Source: Vicinamibacteria bacterium (GTDB lineage Bacteria > Acidobacteriota > Vicinamibacteria > Marinacidobacterales > Marinacidobacteraceae). Taken from it: DNA of 64,000 nucleotides. Location of the stretch: positions 2,784,001 through 2,848,000 of the forward strand of contig OY821641.1 in assembly GCA_963555995.3 (NCBI GenBank), read 5' to 3'. Made by a program: the position numbers and the translations under genes. Every line of letters starts with the position of its first letter. The first letter of the stretch is position 1. The notes below the pieces were generated by a model that was not told the DNA's origin, did no database searches, and worked only from the letters and a program-made list of their open reading frames with translations. This document shows positions 50,154 to 60,684 of the stretch, one piece after another.

Positions 50154-52906
50154 ATGACGACTTCACGACCGGCGCGGCGGTTCGCGCTTCGACCTCTGAC
50201 GCTTCTGGCGGCAGCGATCGTCGCTGTCGGCGCCGCCACGGCGCCGGCCCAGCTTCGGCCCCTCGCCGAGGACCGGGGCGCCACCGGCCTCGGACTCGCG
50301 CTCCGCAAGATCGGGAGCGGCGTTTCGGTGCTGACCATCGTGGCGCACCCGGACGACGAGAACAACGCCCTGCACGCGCTGCTCAGCCGCGGCCTGGGCG
50401 CCCGGGTCTCGCTGGTGAGCCTGACCCGCGGCGGCGGCGGACAGAACGAGATCGGGCCCGAACTCTTCGACGGGCTGCGCATCCTGCGGACCGAGGAACT
50501 CCTGACCTCCCACCGGCTCGACGCCGTGGAGCAGTACTTCGGCATGGTCTCCGACTTCGGCTACTCCTTCAGCGTCGAGGAGACCCTCGAGAAGTGGGAC
50601 GAGGAGAAGACGCTCGGCGAGGTGGTGCGGATGATCCGGACGTTCCGTCCGGACGTGGTGCTCACCCTGCCTCCCTCCGGGACCGGCGGCGGCCAGCATC
50701 ATCAGGCGACCGGAAGGCTCACCCACGAAGCTTTCGATGCGGCGGGAGATCCGGACCGGTTCCCCGAGCACGCCGGACTCGGCCTGCTTCCCTGGCGTCC
50801 CGTCCGCCTGTTGGTCGGGGGCGTCGGGGGCGGCGCCGCGGCCGCTACGGCGGAGACCGTCCGCATCGAAACGGCCGTCTGGGATCCCCTGCTCGGCCGC
50901 ACCTATGCGGACCTCGGAGCGGAGGCGCGCTCGGCGCACCGCTGCCAGGGGATGGGCCAGGTGCGCGGCGGGCCGACCGGGTTCCCCTCGGTCCTCGCCG
51001 AGACCCGCGGCGCGGAGGACGGGACGCCGCTCGGCGCGGAGGGCGCCGACGGCCTGTTTTCCGGGATTCCGACGGGCCTGGAAAGGCTCGCTGACTTCGT
51101 GTCCGGCAGCCCCGAGGCGACCGCGGAGACCCTGTCCCGGCTAACGGCTCTCCGGGAGGCCGTGGCCGAGGCCGCGGAAGCGTTCTCGGCGGTCGCACCC
51201 GCCGACACGCTCCCGGGTCTCCGGAAGGCGCTGACCGCAGCGCGCGGCCTGCGCCGGGACGCGCTTCCCGACGGGCTGACCCCCGGCAGCCGAACCGAGA
51301 TCGAGCACCGGATGGCGCCGCGGGAAGCCCAGATCCAGGAAGCGACCGCGCTCGCCCACGGCCTCGTGGTGGACGCGGTGGCGGACACCGGAACGGCCGT
51401 TCCGGGCGGCCGGTTCGGCGCCCGGGTCTCCGTTCTCGGGGGACCGGCCGAAGCAACGATCACCGGAATCGGAATCGAGATTCCGGATGGCTGGCAGGTG
51501 CGCCAGACGACCTCGGCGGCGGACGCGACTCCGCGTCCCGGACCACGCCGGCACCCCCTGCCGCCCCCGATCGGCCCCGGCGACCTCCCTCTCGAGACGA
51601 GCGCGAGCCGCCCGCTCCGCGCGGAGTTCGGGGTCTCGGTGGCGGAGAACGCCGCCCTGAGCCGCCAGCCCTGGCTCGACGACCCCGGCGCGGACCGCTT
51701 CGACCCGCTGTCCCCGGAGCTGTTCGGCCTGCCGGCCCGGCCGCCCCAGTCATGGCGCGCGTTTCCTTCGAGTCCGCCGGCGTTCCCGTCGAGATCTCGA
51801 CGCCGGTCGAGTACCGCTACGAGGGGCCCTGGGTGGGAACGGAAAAACAGAAGGAGGTCTCGGTGCTGCCGCTCGCCTCGGTGGCCGTGTCGCCGGAGAT
51901 CGTCGTCTTTCCCCGGGGGCAGAACCCCCGCCGGCTCAGCGTCTCCGTCGTCTATCGCGGGGACGGAGCGGCGGCGTTCCAAGCGGCGCTTCAGGCCCCC
52001 ACGGGGTGGACCGTCACCCCGGAGAGCGTCCCGGTCTCCTTCTCCGGCCCCGGTGAGGCCCGGGTCGAGTTCGAAGTGAGCGCCCCGGCCGCAGCCGCCG
52101 ACGGCAGCTACCGGCTCGCCGCTTCGGCGCGGCCCGCGGCGGGCGGCGACCCCTTCACCGAGACCGTTCAGGAGATCGCCTACCACCACATCGAGACGCG
52201 CTACCTGTTCCGGCCGGCGGAGGCCGCGGCGCGGGTGCTGGACGCCACGGTGGCCCCGGTCCACGTCGGCTACGTCGAGGGGGTCGGGGACGAAGTCGCC
52301 GAGGCCATCGCGCAGCTCGGAGTGCCCCTGACCTTCCTTGACGAAGCGGCGCTCGCCGAAGGGGACCTCTCGCAGTTCGACACCATCGTCCTCGGGGTGC
52401 GCGCCTACCTGGCCCGCCCCGACGCGCGGACCCACAACCAGCGTCTCCTCGACTACGTCGCCGGAGGCGGGACGCTCCTCGTCCAGTACAACAAGTTCGA
52501 GTTCAACGCCGGACCCTGGGGGCCATATCCGATTTCGGTCGGGCGGGGCCGGATCACCGACGAGGACGCCCCGATGCGGGTCCTGATTCCGGATCATCCG
52601 GCCTTCACCGGGCCGAACCGGATCGGGGACGCCGACTGGGCGGGCTGGGTGCAGGAGCGCGGGCTCTATTTCCTGGCCCCGGGCGGGGACCCCGCCTACC
52701 GGGACCTCCTCGCCTCCGAGGACCCCTTCGAATACAACGCCGGAGAGAAGCGCGGCATCCTGGTGGAGGCCCGCCACGGCGAGGGCCGCTGGCTCTACCT
52801 CGGCCTCGGGCTCTGGCGGCAGCTACCGGCCGGCACCCCCGGCGCCTACCGCCTGCTCGCGAACCTCCTCAGTCTCGGCCACCAGCTGGCGGCCACCGAC
52901 CAGTAA
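50154..52906 (+). pseudogene. PIG-L/LmbE deacetylase with NEW3/glutamine-amidotransferase-like C-terminus, split by a 1-bp frameshift near 51745
   Basis: AHPDDEN, LTRGGGGQN, HHQ in ORF 50154..; the expected C-terminal half (GDEV..., LVQYN, WVQERGLY, GAYRLLANL) is in another frame, 51752..52906. Confidence 0.75.
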
Positions 52907-52979
52907 TAACAACGGGAACGGGCCGGCTCCCCTCGATTCCTCGATTCCGGCCGTCCCCGCCGGCTACCGGGCCCCCCGC

Positions 52980-54392
52980 TCATTGCGACGTGCCGGGAAC
53001 GGCCGCGGAGTGGAGGTCCTCCAGCGAGTGCCACCGGTCGTCGCGCGCCCGCGACGGGGGCTTCTTGCGTACAAAGAAACGGCGGCCGACGCTGGCGCCC
53101 CGGCTGTTGGGATAGTGAGCCAACTTGCCTTCGAGTTCCGACTCCAGCGCGCGCGGCGAGCGCACGGTGCCCCACTTGCACTCCCCCAGGTCCGTCCAGC
53201 CGTCGGCGCGCAGGCCAACGACATCTATCTGCGCTTCCGGACTCCAGAACTCGCCGATCTCGAATCCGGCCGTGACGCCTTCCCGCCGGTAGAGGACGGG
53301 AAGCGCTTCCCGGCAGAGGCGCTCGAAGCCGCCGCCGAACCAGCCGTCGAGATGCGGCGCGATGCGTTCCGCGAACGCGAGCCGCGGGCCAGCGCTGCGG
53401 ATGAGGCTGTGGTTCGGGAACACGAAGCGGAACCAGAACCGGAGCAGGGGGTCGTCCATCGCGAAGCGGACCGCCTTGTGGTTCACGCGCCGGCCGTCGA
53501 GCGGGTAGCCCCGCTCGAGGTAGCCGAGTTCGACGAGCTGCTGGAGGTAGTAGTGGACGTTCCGTTCCGCGAGTTGCGTCGTCCGGACGATCTCCCCGAC
53601 GGTCGAGCGCCCGGAAGCCACCGCGAACAGCACCGCCTGGTACGGAGCCAGCTCGCGCAACTCCTCGCGAAGGAGGAACGTCGGTTCGTGGAACAGGGGG
53701 GCGAACTCGTCCAGCAGATGATCTCGGATATTCTGCGCCACCGAACGCGAATCGTCGAGGCAAAGGAGGTACTGCGGCAGCCCGCCGACCAGAAAGTACG
53801 CCTTGGCGCGGTCCACGAGCGACCAGCGGGGATGGAACAGGGACGCCTCTCGGTAGCCGAAGGGCCGCAACCGGATCTGCGCGGTGCGGCGGCCGAAAAG
53901 GGGACTCCTGCTCCCCAACACCTCCCGTTCCATGAATCCCAGATAGGAACCACACAGGATCAGGACCACATTGCCGGCGGCCTTCCAGTGTCGGTCCCAG
54001 CAGCGCTGGAGATCCGCGACGATGTCCGGACTGGCGCCCGCAGTCCACTGGAACTCGTCGAGCGCGACGACCAGCTTGGTGCCCGGATGGGCCACGCCCC
54101 ATTGCTCGACCACGGTGAGCAGGGCTTCCTCCCAGCCCGAAACGCGCAGGTTGGCGAGCAGCGGCATGCCGAGGGTACGGGCCGACTGGTCAAGGAACTC
54201 GCGGATCTGGAGGCCCGCGGGCGCCTGCCTTCCCAGGAAATAGACGCCCGGACGGTCCGCCATGAAGCGGAGGATGAGTTCACTCTTGCCGACGCGGCGC
54301 CGGCCGTAGATCGGAATGAACTCGGACCGCGAAGACGAGAACGCCTTCGCCAGCCGATCGAGTTCGACCGCGCGGCCGACAAATCCCACCAT
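52980..54392 (-). CDS. Archaeal-type AAA ATPase with wHTH and DUF234/PD-(D/E)xK domains
   Basis: FVGR..EL, YGRRRVGKS, LDEFQ, ILCGS, DPLLRFWFRFV, IDVV...GECKW; alternative starts up to 54419. Confidence 0.9.
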   Translation of the reverse strand: MVGFVGRAVELDRLAKAFSSSRSEFIPIYGRRRVGKSELILRFMADRPGVYFLGRQAPAGLQIREFLDQSARTLGMPLLANLRVSGWEEALLTVVEQWGVAHPGTKLVVALDEFQWTAGASPDIVADLQRCWDRHWKAAGNVVLILCGSYLGFMEREVLGSRSPLFGRRTAQIRLRPFGYREASLFHPRWSLVDRAKAYFLVGGLPQYLLCLDDSRSVAQNIRDHLLDEFAPLFHEPTFLLREELRELAPYQAVLFAVASGRSTVGEIVRTTQLAERNVHYYLQQLVELGYLERGYPLDGRRVNHKAVRFAMDDPLLRFWFRFVFPNHSLIRSAGPRLAFAERIAPHLDGWFGGGFERLCREALPVLYRREGVTAGFEIGEFWSPEAQIDVVGLRADGWTDLGECKWGTVRSPRALESELEGKLAHYPNSRGASVGRRFFVRKKPPSRARDDRWHSLEDLHSAAVPGTSQ

Positions 54393-54398
54393 TCCGCG

Positions 54399-54469
54399 AG
54401 TATCCATCGGGATCGTCATTTTGTCAAGTCGTGTTTAGGGAAATCATGTTTAGACAAGTCGTGCTTGGA
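54399..54469 (-). promoter_or_regulatory. Three 15-bp direct repeats overlapping a putative TTGACA-N17-GATACT promoter
   Basis: CAAGTCGTGTTTAGG / GAAATCATGTTTAGA / CAAGTCGTGCTTGGA at 54425, 54440 and 54455; minus-strand TTGACA at 54427-54422. Confidence 0.65.
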
Positions 54470-54603
54470 GAGCCTCCGGTGACCTCCGGAACGGCGCTTC
54501 CGGCGACGTCTCGCCCGCCGCCATCCGGCTCGCATACCCTTCCGTGCGCGGTGACGACGCGAGAACTCCTGGAACTGCCGCGGTGCGGAAGGCGTCCCGG
54601 CCG

Positions 54604-56049
54604 ATGAAGCGCGAGCGGATCGGACTCGTCCTCGGGCTGGCCCTGCTGGTCGGCATCGCCGTCGTCCCGATCCCGGGCATCCCCGACGAGGCGCGCCGGA
54701 TGCTGGCGGTGGCCGCGATCATGGCCACCTGGTGGGTCACCGAGGCGGCGCCGCTGGCGGTGACCTCCCTGTTGCCGCTGGCGCTTCTGCCGCCCTTCGG
54801 GATCACGAGCGCGGCGGGGGCGGCGGCGCCCTACGCGAACCACCTCGTGTACCTGTTCCTCGGGGGGTTCATGATCGCCCAGGCGATGCAGCGCTGGAAC
54901 CTGCACCGGCGGATCGCGCTCCGGACGGTGATGGCGATGGGCAGCTCGCCTCCCCGGCTGGTGCTCGGCTTCATGGTGGCGTCCGCGCTCTTGTCCATGT
55001 GGGTCTCCAACACCGCCACTACCGCGATGATGATGCCGATCGGCGTGGCCGTGATCGCGGAGATCTCGCGGGCGGTCCACGGGCCGAAGCGTCCCGCGCC
55101 GGGGGAGTTCCCCTTCGCGGTGTGCCTGATGCTCGGTTGCGCCTACGGCGCCTCGATCGGTGGGTTCTCCACCCTGATCGGCACGCCGCCGAACGTGTTC
55201 CTCGCGGGCTTCCTCAGCGAGCAACTGGACATCCAGATCAGCTTCGTGCGCTGGCTCGCCTTCGCGATGCCGCTGACCGTCCTGTTCCTTCCCCTGACCT
55301 GGCTCTGGCTCACCCGGGTCGCGTTTCCGATCCGGATCAAGGACATTCCCGGCGGCCGGGAGCCGGTCCGCGCCGCCTACCTAGCGCTCGGTCCACTCTC
55401 CACGCCGGAGAAACGGCTCTCCATCCTGTTCGGGGCCACCGCTCTCGCCTGGATGTTCCGCCCGGTCTGGACCGGGTTCCTGCCGACCGGCGGGCTCATC
55501 ACCGATTCCACCATCGCCATGGCGGCGACGGTCCTCGCCTTCCTCGTCCCGGCCGGGAACGGCTCCGGGGAACGCATCCTCAACTGGGAGTGGGGGGTGA
55601 AGATCCCGTGGGACGTACTGATCCTGATCGGCGGCGGTTTCTCGCTCGCGAACGGTCTGGAAGTGAGCGGGCTCTCGCAGTTCCTCGGCGACCGTCTCGC
55701 CGGCGCCTCGGCGCTGCCGCTGCCGCTCTTCGTGATCATGGTGGTGGTCTTCATCATCCTGCTGACGGAGCTGGCCTCGAACCTGGCCTCGACCGCGATG
55801 ATGGTTCCGATCCTGGCGGCTGTCGCCGCCGGCGCCGGAATCCCGCCGCTGATGCTGCTGCTTCCGGTAACGGTCGCCGCCTCCTGCGCGTTCATGCTGC
55901 CGGCGGCCACCCCGCCGAACGCCATCGTGTTCGGGACCGGTCACTTCACGATCCCCCAGATGGTGCGCGCCGGCATCGGGGTGAATCTCATCGGCGCGGT
56001 CCTCACCTGCCTGTTCGCGGTCTTCTGGGTACCGGTGGTGTTCGGGTAG
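54604..56049 (+). CDS. DASS/SLC13 sodium:dicarboxylate or sulfate symporter
   Basis: WWVTEA.PL, SMWVSNTATT, GTPPN, AFMLPAATPPNAIV. Confidence 0.93.
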   Translation: MKRERIGLVLGLALLVGIAVVPIPGIPDEARRMLAVAAIMATWWVTEAAPLAVTSLLPLALLPPFGITSAAGAAAPYANHLVYLFLGGFMIAQAMQRWNLHRRIALRTVMAMGSSPPRLVLGFMVASALLSMWVSNTATTAMMMPIGVAVIAEISRAVHGPKRPAPGEFPFAVCLMLGCAYGASIGGFSTLIGTPPNVFLAGFLSEQLDIQISFVRWLAFAMPLTVLFLPLTWLWLTRVAFPIRIKDIPGGREPVRAAYLALGPLSTPEKRLSILFGATALAWMFRPVWTGFLPTGGLITDSTIAMAATVLAFLVPAGNGSGERILNWEWGVKIPWDVLILIGGGFSLANGLEVSGLSQFLGDRLAGASALPLPLFVIMVVVFIILLTELASNLASTAMMVPILAAVAAGAGIPPLMLLLPVTVAASCAFMLPAATPPNAIVFGTGHFTIPQMVRAGIGVNLIGAVLTCLFAVFWVPVVFG

Positions 56050-56071
56050 CGACGACTAGCATTCCTCTTTC

Positions 56072-56755
56072 ATGGCCGCACCGCGCGAAGACCGTTTCAC
56101 CTCCCGGCTCTGGGCCGGGATCGAGCCGATCTACTCGGAGATCCTCCGCCACCCCTTCCTGGACGGGCTCGCGGACGGAACCCTGGACCGCCAGGTCTTC
56201 CGCTTCTACGTGATCGAGGACGCGCTCTACCTGCACGAGTTCGCGCGGGCGGTCGCCATCCTCGGCGGGAAGGCTCCGCACCCGGACATCACCGCGGCGC
56301 TCTGCGGCGACGCGGTGGCGACCATCGAGGCCGAGCGCGAACAACTCGGGCAGTTCCTGACCGAGCTGGGTGGCTCCCGCGAGGACCTCTTCTCCCGCCA
56401 GCCAGCGCCCACCAACCGCGCCTACACGAGCTATTTCCTCGCGCAGGTCCACGCGCAGCCCTTCCACGAGGGGCTCGCGGCGGTCCTGCCCTGCTACTGG
56501 ATCTACGCGGAAGTCGGCAAGGAACTGCTGCGTCGGCCGCCCTCCCCCGACCCGCTCTTCCAGCGCTGGATCGAAAGCTACGGCAGCGAGGAGTACGACG
56601 CGGTGGTGCAGCGGGTGGTGCAGCTCACCGACGACGTCGCCGAGGGTCTCGGCGCCGACGCCCACCGCGCGATGGCCCGGCACTTCGCCATGAGCTCCCG
56701 CTACGAGTGGATGTTCTGGGACATGGCCTGGCGCCAGGAAGCCTGGCCCCTGTAG
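56072..56755 (+). CDS. tenA: Thiaminase II / TenA
   Basis: HPFL..LADGTL, YVIEDALYL, LPCYWIY (catalytic Cys), YEWMFWDMA. Confidence 0.9.
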   Translation: MAAPREDRFTSRLWAGIEPIYSEILRHPFLDGLADGTLDRQVFRFYVIEDALYLHEFARAVAILGGKAPHPDITAALCGDAVATIEAEREQLGQFLTELGGSREDLFSRQPAPTNRAYTSYFLAQVHAQPFHEGLAAVLPCYWIYAEVGKELLRRPPSPDPLFQRWIESYGSEEYDAVVQRVVQLTDDVAEGLGADAHRAMARHFAMSSRYEWMFWDMAWRQEAWPL

Positions 56756-56789
56756 CGGCGCGGTGACGCCCACCGTCCGCATGGCGCGC

Positions 56790-56842
56790 CGGCTTGGAAC
56801 GCCGGTCTCCAGACCGGCACCGCGGTGCTCCGCACCGCGCAC
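56790..56842 (+). repeat. Single REP with auxiliary hairpin
   Basis: TTGGAACGCCGGTCTCCAGACCGGCAC-CGCGGTGCTCCGCACCGCG between convergent genes. Confidence 0.85.
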
Positions 56843-56861
56843 GGCGCGGTGTTGACCCGCC

Positions 56862-58223
56862 TCAGCGGATCCAGACCGTCTTCCGGTTGGTGAACTCGAT
56901 GAGGCCGTCCGGGCCCAGCTCGCGGCCGAAACCGCTGTCCTTGGTGCCGCCGAAGGGCACCCGGGGGTCCGACTTGGTGATGCCGTTCACGAAAACGGCG
57001 CCCGATTCGATCTGCGGCACGAGCCGTTCCGCGCGCCGCGGATCGGAAGTCCAGAGCGAAGACCCGAGTCCGTAGTTCGTCCGGTTGGCGATCTCCACCG
57101 CCTCGGCTTCGTCCGCGAACGGGATCACCGTCGCGACCGGCCCGAAGAGTTCCTCGTCGGTGGCGGGCGCTCCCGCCGGCGGCGCGGCCAGAATGCCGGT
57201 CGCGGAGAAGAACCCGCGTTCCGGCGCGGTTCCCCGGTGGAGGAGGTCCGTGCCGGCGCGGACCGACTGCGCGACCTGCTCCTCCAGACGGTCCCGGAGG
57301 TCTTCCCGGGCCAGCGGGCCGACCGCGGTCTCGGAGACGAGCGGATCGCCCACCACCGTTTCCCGGAACTGCGCTTCGAAGACCGACAGAAACGAATCCA
57401 GCACCGTCCGCTGCACGAGGAAGCGTTTGGCGGCGATGCAGCTCTGGCCCGAGTTGATGAGCCGCGCCCCCGCGCCCGCGGTGGCCGCCTCCTCCACGTC
57501 ACAGTCCTCGAACACGATGAAGGGATCGCTGCCGCCGAGCTCGGCGACCATCGGCTTGAGGTGGCGGCCCGCGACCGCGGCGACCTCGCTGCCGGCGCGG
57601 GAACTCCCGGTCAGCGTGACGCCCCGGATCCGCCGGTCGGCGATGCAGGAAGCCGCCTGCTCGTTCGTCAGGAAGAGGTTCTGGACGAGCCCTTCCGGAG
57701 CTCCCGCCTCCCGGTACAGCTCGACGATCCGGAGCGCGCACTGCGGCACCGACGGCGCGTGCTTCAGCAGCATCGTGTTTCCGGAGATGAAGTTGGGCGC
57801 GGATACCCGGATGACCTGCCACAGGGGGAAGTTCCAGGGCATGACCGCCAGGATCGGCCCGATGGGGTCGTAGCGGACGTAGGCGTCGCTGCCGTCGGAG
57901 GGGTAGCGGCGCGGCCGGAGCGACTCCTCCGCGGTCTCGGCGTAGTGCCGCGCGACCCACGCGCACTTCTGCGCTTCGGCCACTCCCTGGGCGAGCGGCT
58001 TCCCCATCTCGAGCGCCATGAGCGCCGCCAGGTCGTCCGCCTGCGCCTCGAGAAGATCGGCCAGGCGCTCGTTGACCGCGCATCGCTCCGAGAACGGGGT
58101 CCGGCGCCAGGCGCGGAACACGGCGTCGGCGCGGGACAGGGCGGCGTCCACCTCACGCTCGGCCGCCGTCGGGAACTCGGCCACCAGCTCCTCGGTGGCG
58201 GGATTCAGGGACCGGTAGAGCAT
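56862..58223 (-). CDS. NAD(P)-dependent succinate-semialdehyde dehydrogenase-like aldehyde dehydrogenase
   Basis: MPWNFPLWQ, LTGS, ELGGSDP, NSGQSCIAAKR, EELFGP, PFGGTK.SG.GREL. Confidence 0.92.
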   Translation of the reverse strand: MLYRSLNPATEELVAEFPTAAEREVDAALSRADAVFRAWRRTPFSERCAVNERLADLLEAQADDLAALMALEMGKPLAQGVAEAQKCAWVARHYAETAEESLRPRRYPSDGSDAYVRYDPIGPILAVMPWNFPLWQVIRVSAPNFISGNTMLLKHAPSVPQCALRIVELYREAGAPEGLVQNLFLTNEQAASCIADRRIRGVTLTGSSRAGSEVAAVAGRHLKPMVAELGGSDPFIVFEDCDVEEAATAGAGARLINSGQSCIAAKRFLVQRTVLDSFLSVFEAQFRETVVGDPLVSETAVGPLAREDLRDRLEEQVAQSVRAGTDLLHRGTAPERGFFSATGILAAPPAGAPATDEELFGPVATVIPFADEAEAVEIANRTNYGLGSSLWTSDPRRAERLVPQIESGAVFVNGITKSDPRVPFGGTKDSGFGRELGPDGLIEFTNRKTVWIR

Positions 58224-59425
58224 CAGCGGCTGCCGCCCGGCGGGTGAAGGCGGTTGTACTTCGCGCCGACCTCCAGCAGGTCCTCGATCGAGATGGCCTC
58301 CCGGGTGTTCCCGTTCCTGCCGGCGACCGTCGTGGCCTTGAGCATCGAGTTGTAGACGGCTTCCTCGGTAGCCTCGATCGCCGCCTGGAAGAGCGGCGAC
58401 AGCCGGTCGCCCCGGAGGACGGCCCCGTCGTCCACCGGAGACTCGCTCCGGAATCCGGTGCGGAGCGACTCCGCGGAGGAGAAGGCGATCACGAAGTCGC
58501 CGCTCCCGTGGGACGAGGTGGCCCCGGTGCGGGCGAGACCGAGCATGACCCGCCGCGCCAGCCGGGTGAGACCGAGCGAGCGGATCGGGGCGTCGGTCGC
58601 GACCACCATCATGATGGACCCGTCCGGGTTGTCGAGGGAGTCGCCGTCCGCCGCGCCGTCGCCGCCCCGCAACTGGTCCCGCAGGTAGTAGCGGTCCAGT
58701 TCCTCGCCGACCGGGATTCCGTCCATGACGAGAACGCCTCCGTAGTTGCTCTGGACCAGCGCCCCGACCGTGTAGCCGCCGAGACTCTCGGGCAATCGCC
58801 GCGAGGAGGTGCCGATCCCGCCCTTCCAGCCGAACGCGGACGTTCCCGTGCCGGCGCCCACCGCTCCTTCCGCCACCGGTCCCGCGGACGCGGTGCGGAT
58901 CGCCTCCAGCACGTGGTTTTCCTTCACGTGGAGTCCCCGGATGTCGTTGAGGAACCCGTCGTTGGTTTCGCCGACGAGCGGGTTCACCGAGCGCACGTTC
59001 TCGTTGCCGGGGAGGCCGAGGGTGTAGGTCACCACGGCGCGCGCCGCATCCCAGACCGACAGGGTGTTGGTCAGCACCACCGGGGTCTCGATGGTCCCGA
59101 GTTCCACGACCTGGGTGGACCCCGCCAGCTTGCCGAAGGCATTCCCGATATGGACGGCGCCCGGGACCTTCTCCTGAAAGACGTTGCCGGCGTGGGGCAG
59201 GATCGCGGTAACCCCGGTGCGGATGTGGTCCCCCTCCAACAGGGTCACCTGCCCGACGAGGACGCCGGGAACGTCGGTGATGGCGTTCAGCGGTCCGGGA
59301 TCGAGGACTCCCGGCGACAGGCCGATGTCCCGGGCCCGGGGGCGGGATTCGCCCTGCCCGAGGGCGAGCGGGACGGCGAGCAGGCAGGTGGCGAGGGCCG
59401 CCGGGATGCGGTGGACGTGTTTCAT
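58223..59425 (-). CDS. P1/DmpA-family aminopeptidase (peptidase S58)
   Basis: GPLNAITDVPGV, TGVTAILP, GETNDGFLND, GAGTG, KGGIGTSSR, DGSIM, GSGDF; RBS GGAGG. Confidence 0.92.
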   Translation of the reverse strand: MKHVHRIPAALATCLLAVPLALGQGESRPRARDIGLSPGVLDPGPLNAITDVPGVLVGQVTLLEGDHIRTGVTAILPHAGNVFQEKVPGAVHIGNAFGKLAGSTQVVELGTIETPVVLTNTLSVWDAARAVVTYTLGLPGNENVRSVNPLVGETNDGFLNDIRGLHVKENHVLEAIRTASAGPVAEGAVGAGTGTSAFGWKGGIGTSSRRLPESLGGYTVGALVQSNYGGVLVMDGIPVGEELDRYYLRDQLRGGDGAADGDSLDNPDGSIMMVVATDAPIRSLGLTRLARRVMLGLARTGATSSHGSGDFVIAFSSAESLRTGFRSESPVDDGAVLRGDRLSPLFQAAIEATEEAVYNSMLKATTVAGRNGNTREAISIEDLLEVGAKYNRLHPPGGSR

Positions 59426-59537
59426 CGGAACCTCCGGATTCGGGAGCCTCTGGGAAGAGCCCCGGAGGATACGGGAAGCGTTCGGCCTCTCGACAGCACG
59501 GAACATTCTCGACGCCGGGTTCGTAGGCCCCACCGTC

Positions 59538-60341
59538 ATGGTTCACCGGAATGCGTGCGGCCGCGGCTTGGGCCGCCGTCCTCTCGCACTGGTGTTCGGG
59601 GCGTTTGCCGTAGCCGGGTCCGCCAACTGCGCCGTCCCGTTCCAGACCGAGCCGAATGTCGAGGAAACGGAGACGTTCACCGAACCGTTCGCGGCGGGAG
59701 CGCTTCTGGATCTCAGAAACATCCACGGGCGCGTGGCGGTAACTTCGTGGGACCGGGACGAGGCGGAAATCGTGGCGCGGAAGGTGGGGCCGGGCAGCGC
59801 GGCGCTCGCGGACATCCGGATCGAGGTCAACCGTTCGTCGCGCGGACTCCAGGTCCGCACGCGCTACCCGAAAAAGGGCCGGATGTGGGGGCAGCGGTAC
59901 GGCAGCGTCCACTATTCCATCCGGCTGCCGGAGAGCGCCGACCTCAGGATCTCGACGGTCCACGGACCCGTCGAGGTGGCCGAGTTCGCGGGCGAGCTCG
60001 AGGCGCAGACGGTCAACGGTTCCCTCCGCCTGACGGGGCACCGGGGGAGCGTGAACGCCAAGACGGTCAACGGGCGGATCGATTGTGAACTCGAGAGCTT
60101 CGGCGAGGGCGAAAGCCTCTCGCTCCGTACCGTGAACGGCCGGGTCCGGTTGACCCTCGGGCCCGAAGCGAGAGGCCGGGTCGATGCACGGGCAATCAAC
60201 GGTCGAGTGATCATGGAGCTCGCCGATCTGGAGCATCTGGACACCCCCACCCGCCGCCACAAACGAGTGCAGGTGCGTGACGGTGGCGGCGAGTGCCGGG
60301 TGCGCACCGTGAACGGGACCATCCACGTCACGGACGACTAG
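59538..60341 (+). CDS. DUF4097 beta-strand repeat protein
   Basis: Repeated TVNG/TVHG motifs; N-terminal signal-like segment. Confidence 0.82.
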   Translation: MVHRNACGRGLGRRPLALVFGAFAVAGSANCAVPFQTEPNVEETETFTEPFAAGALLDLRNIHGRVAVTSWDRDEAEIVARKVGPGSAALADIRIEVNRSSRGLQVRTRYPKKGRMWGQRYGSVHYSIRLPESADLRISTVHGPVEVAEFAGELEAQTVNGSLRLTGHRGSVNAKTVNGRIDCELESFGEGESLSLRTVNGRVRLTLGPEARGRVDARAINGRVIMELADLEHLDTPTRRHKRVQVRDGGGECRVRTVNGTIHVTDD

Positions 60342-60350
60342 CCAGGCGAG

Positions 60351-60537
60351 CTAGCAGCCTGTGGCAAAACCCACGCGGCGTTCGACGGGCGATGCATCCC
60401 GGCTGAACCGCGCCTCTACGAGGCGCTCATCGTTGCGTTTCGGTCGGAATACACCCGGTATTCCTCCCTCACGCGCCTTGTCAGCCGGGCGCCTCGCCCG
60501 TCTCGGCGCTCACGTGGGTTTCACCACAGACTGCTAG
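60351..60537 (+). mobile_element. 187-bp MITE-like structured element, copy 1
   Basis: Terminal IR CTAGCAGCCTGTGGCAAAACCCACG / CGTGGGTTTCACCACAGACTGCTAG; core shared with 62652-62838. Confidence 0.75.
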
Positions 60538-60684
60538 GCGCGGAACCGGAGCTACCGCCTGACGCCCGGACCGATCCTTCCGGCAGCGGAACGGCTCGCA
60601 CGGAAGTGCCGGAGCGAGCGCCAGCAACCAGCAAGGGCGAACCCGCTGTCGCCCGGTCCGCCCACCGGGTATAAACCCCGCCCT

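Noticed and set aside
56862-60326. 1154-aa ORF as a giant aldehyde dehydrogenase fusion
   Set aside because: Only 56862..58223 is ALDH-like; the upstream part overlaps dmpA in another frame and the antisense of the DUF4097 gene.
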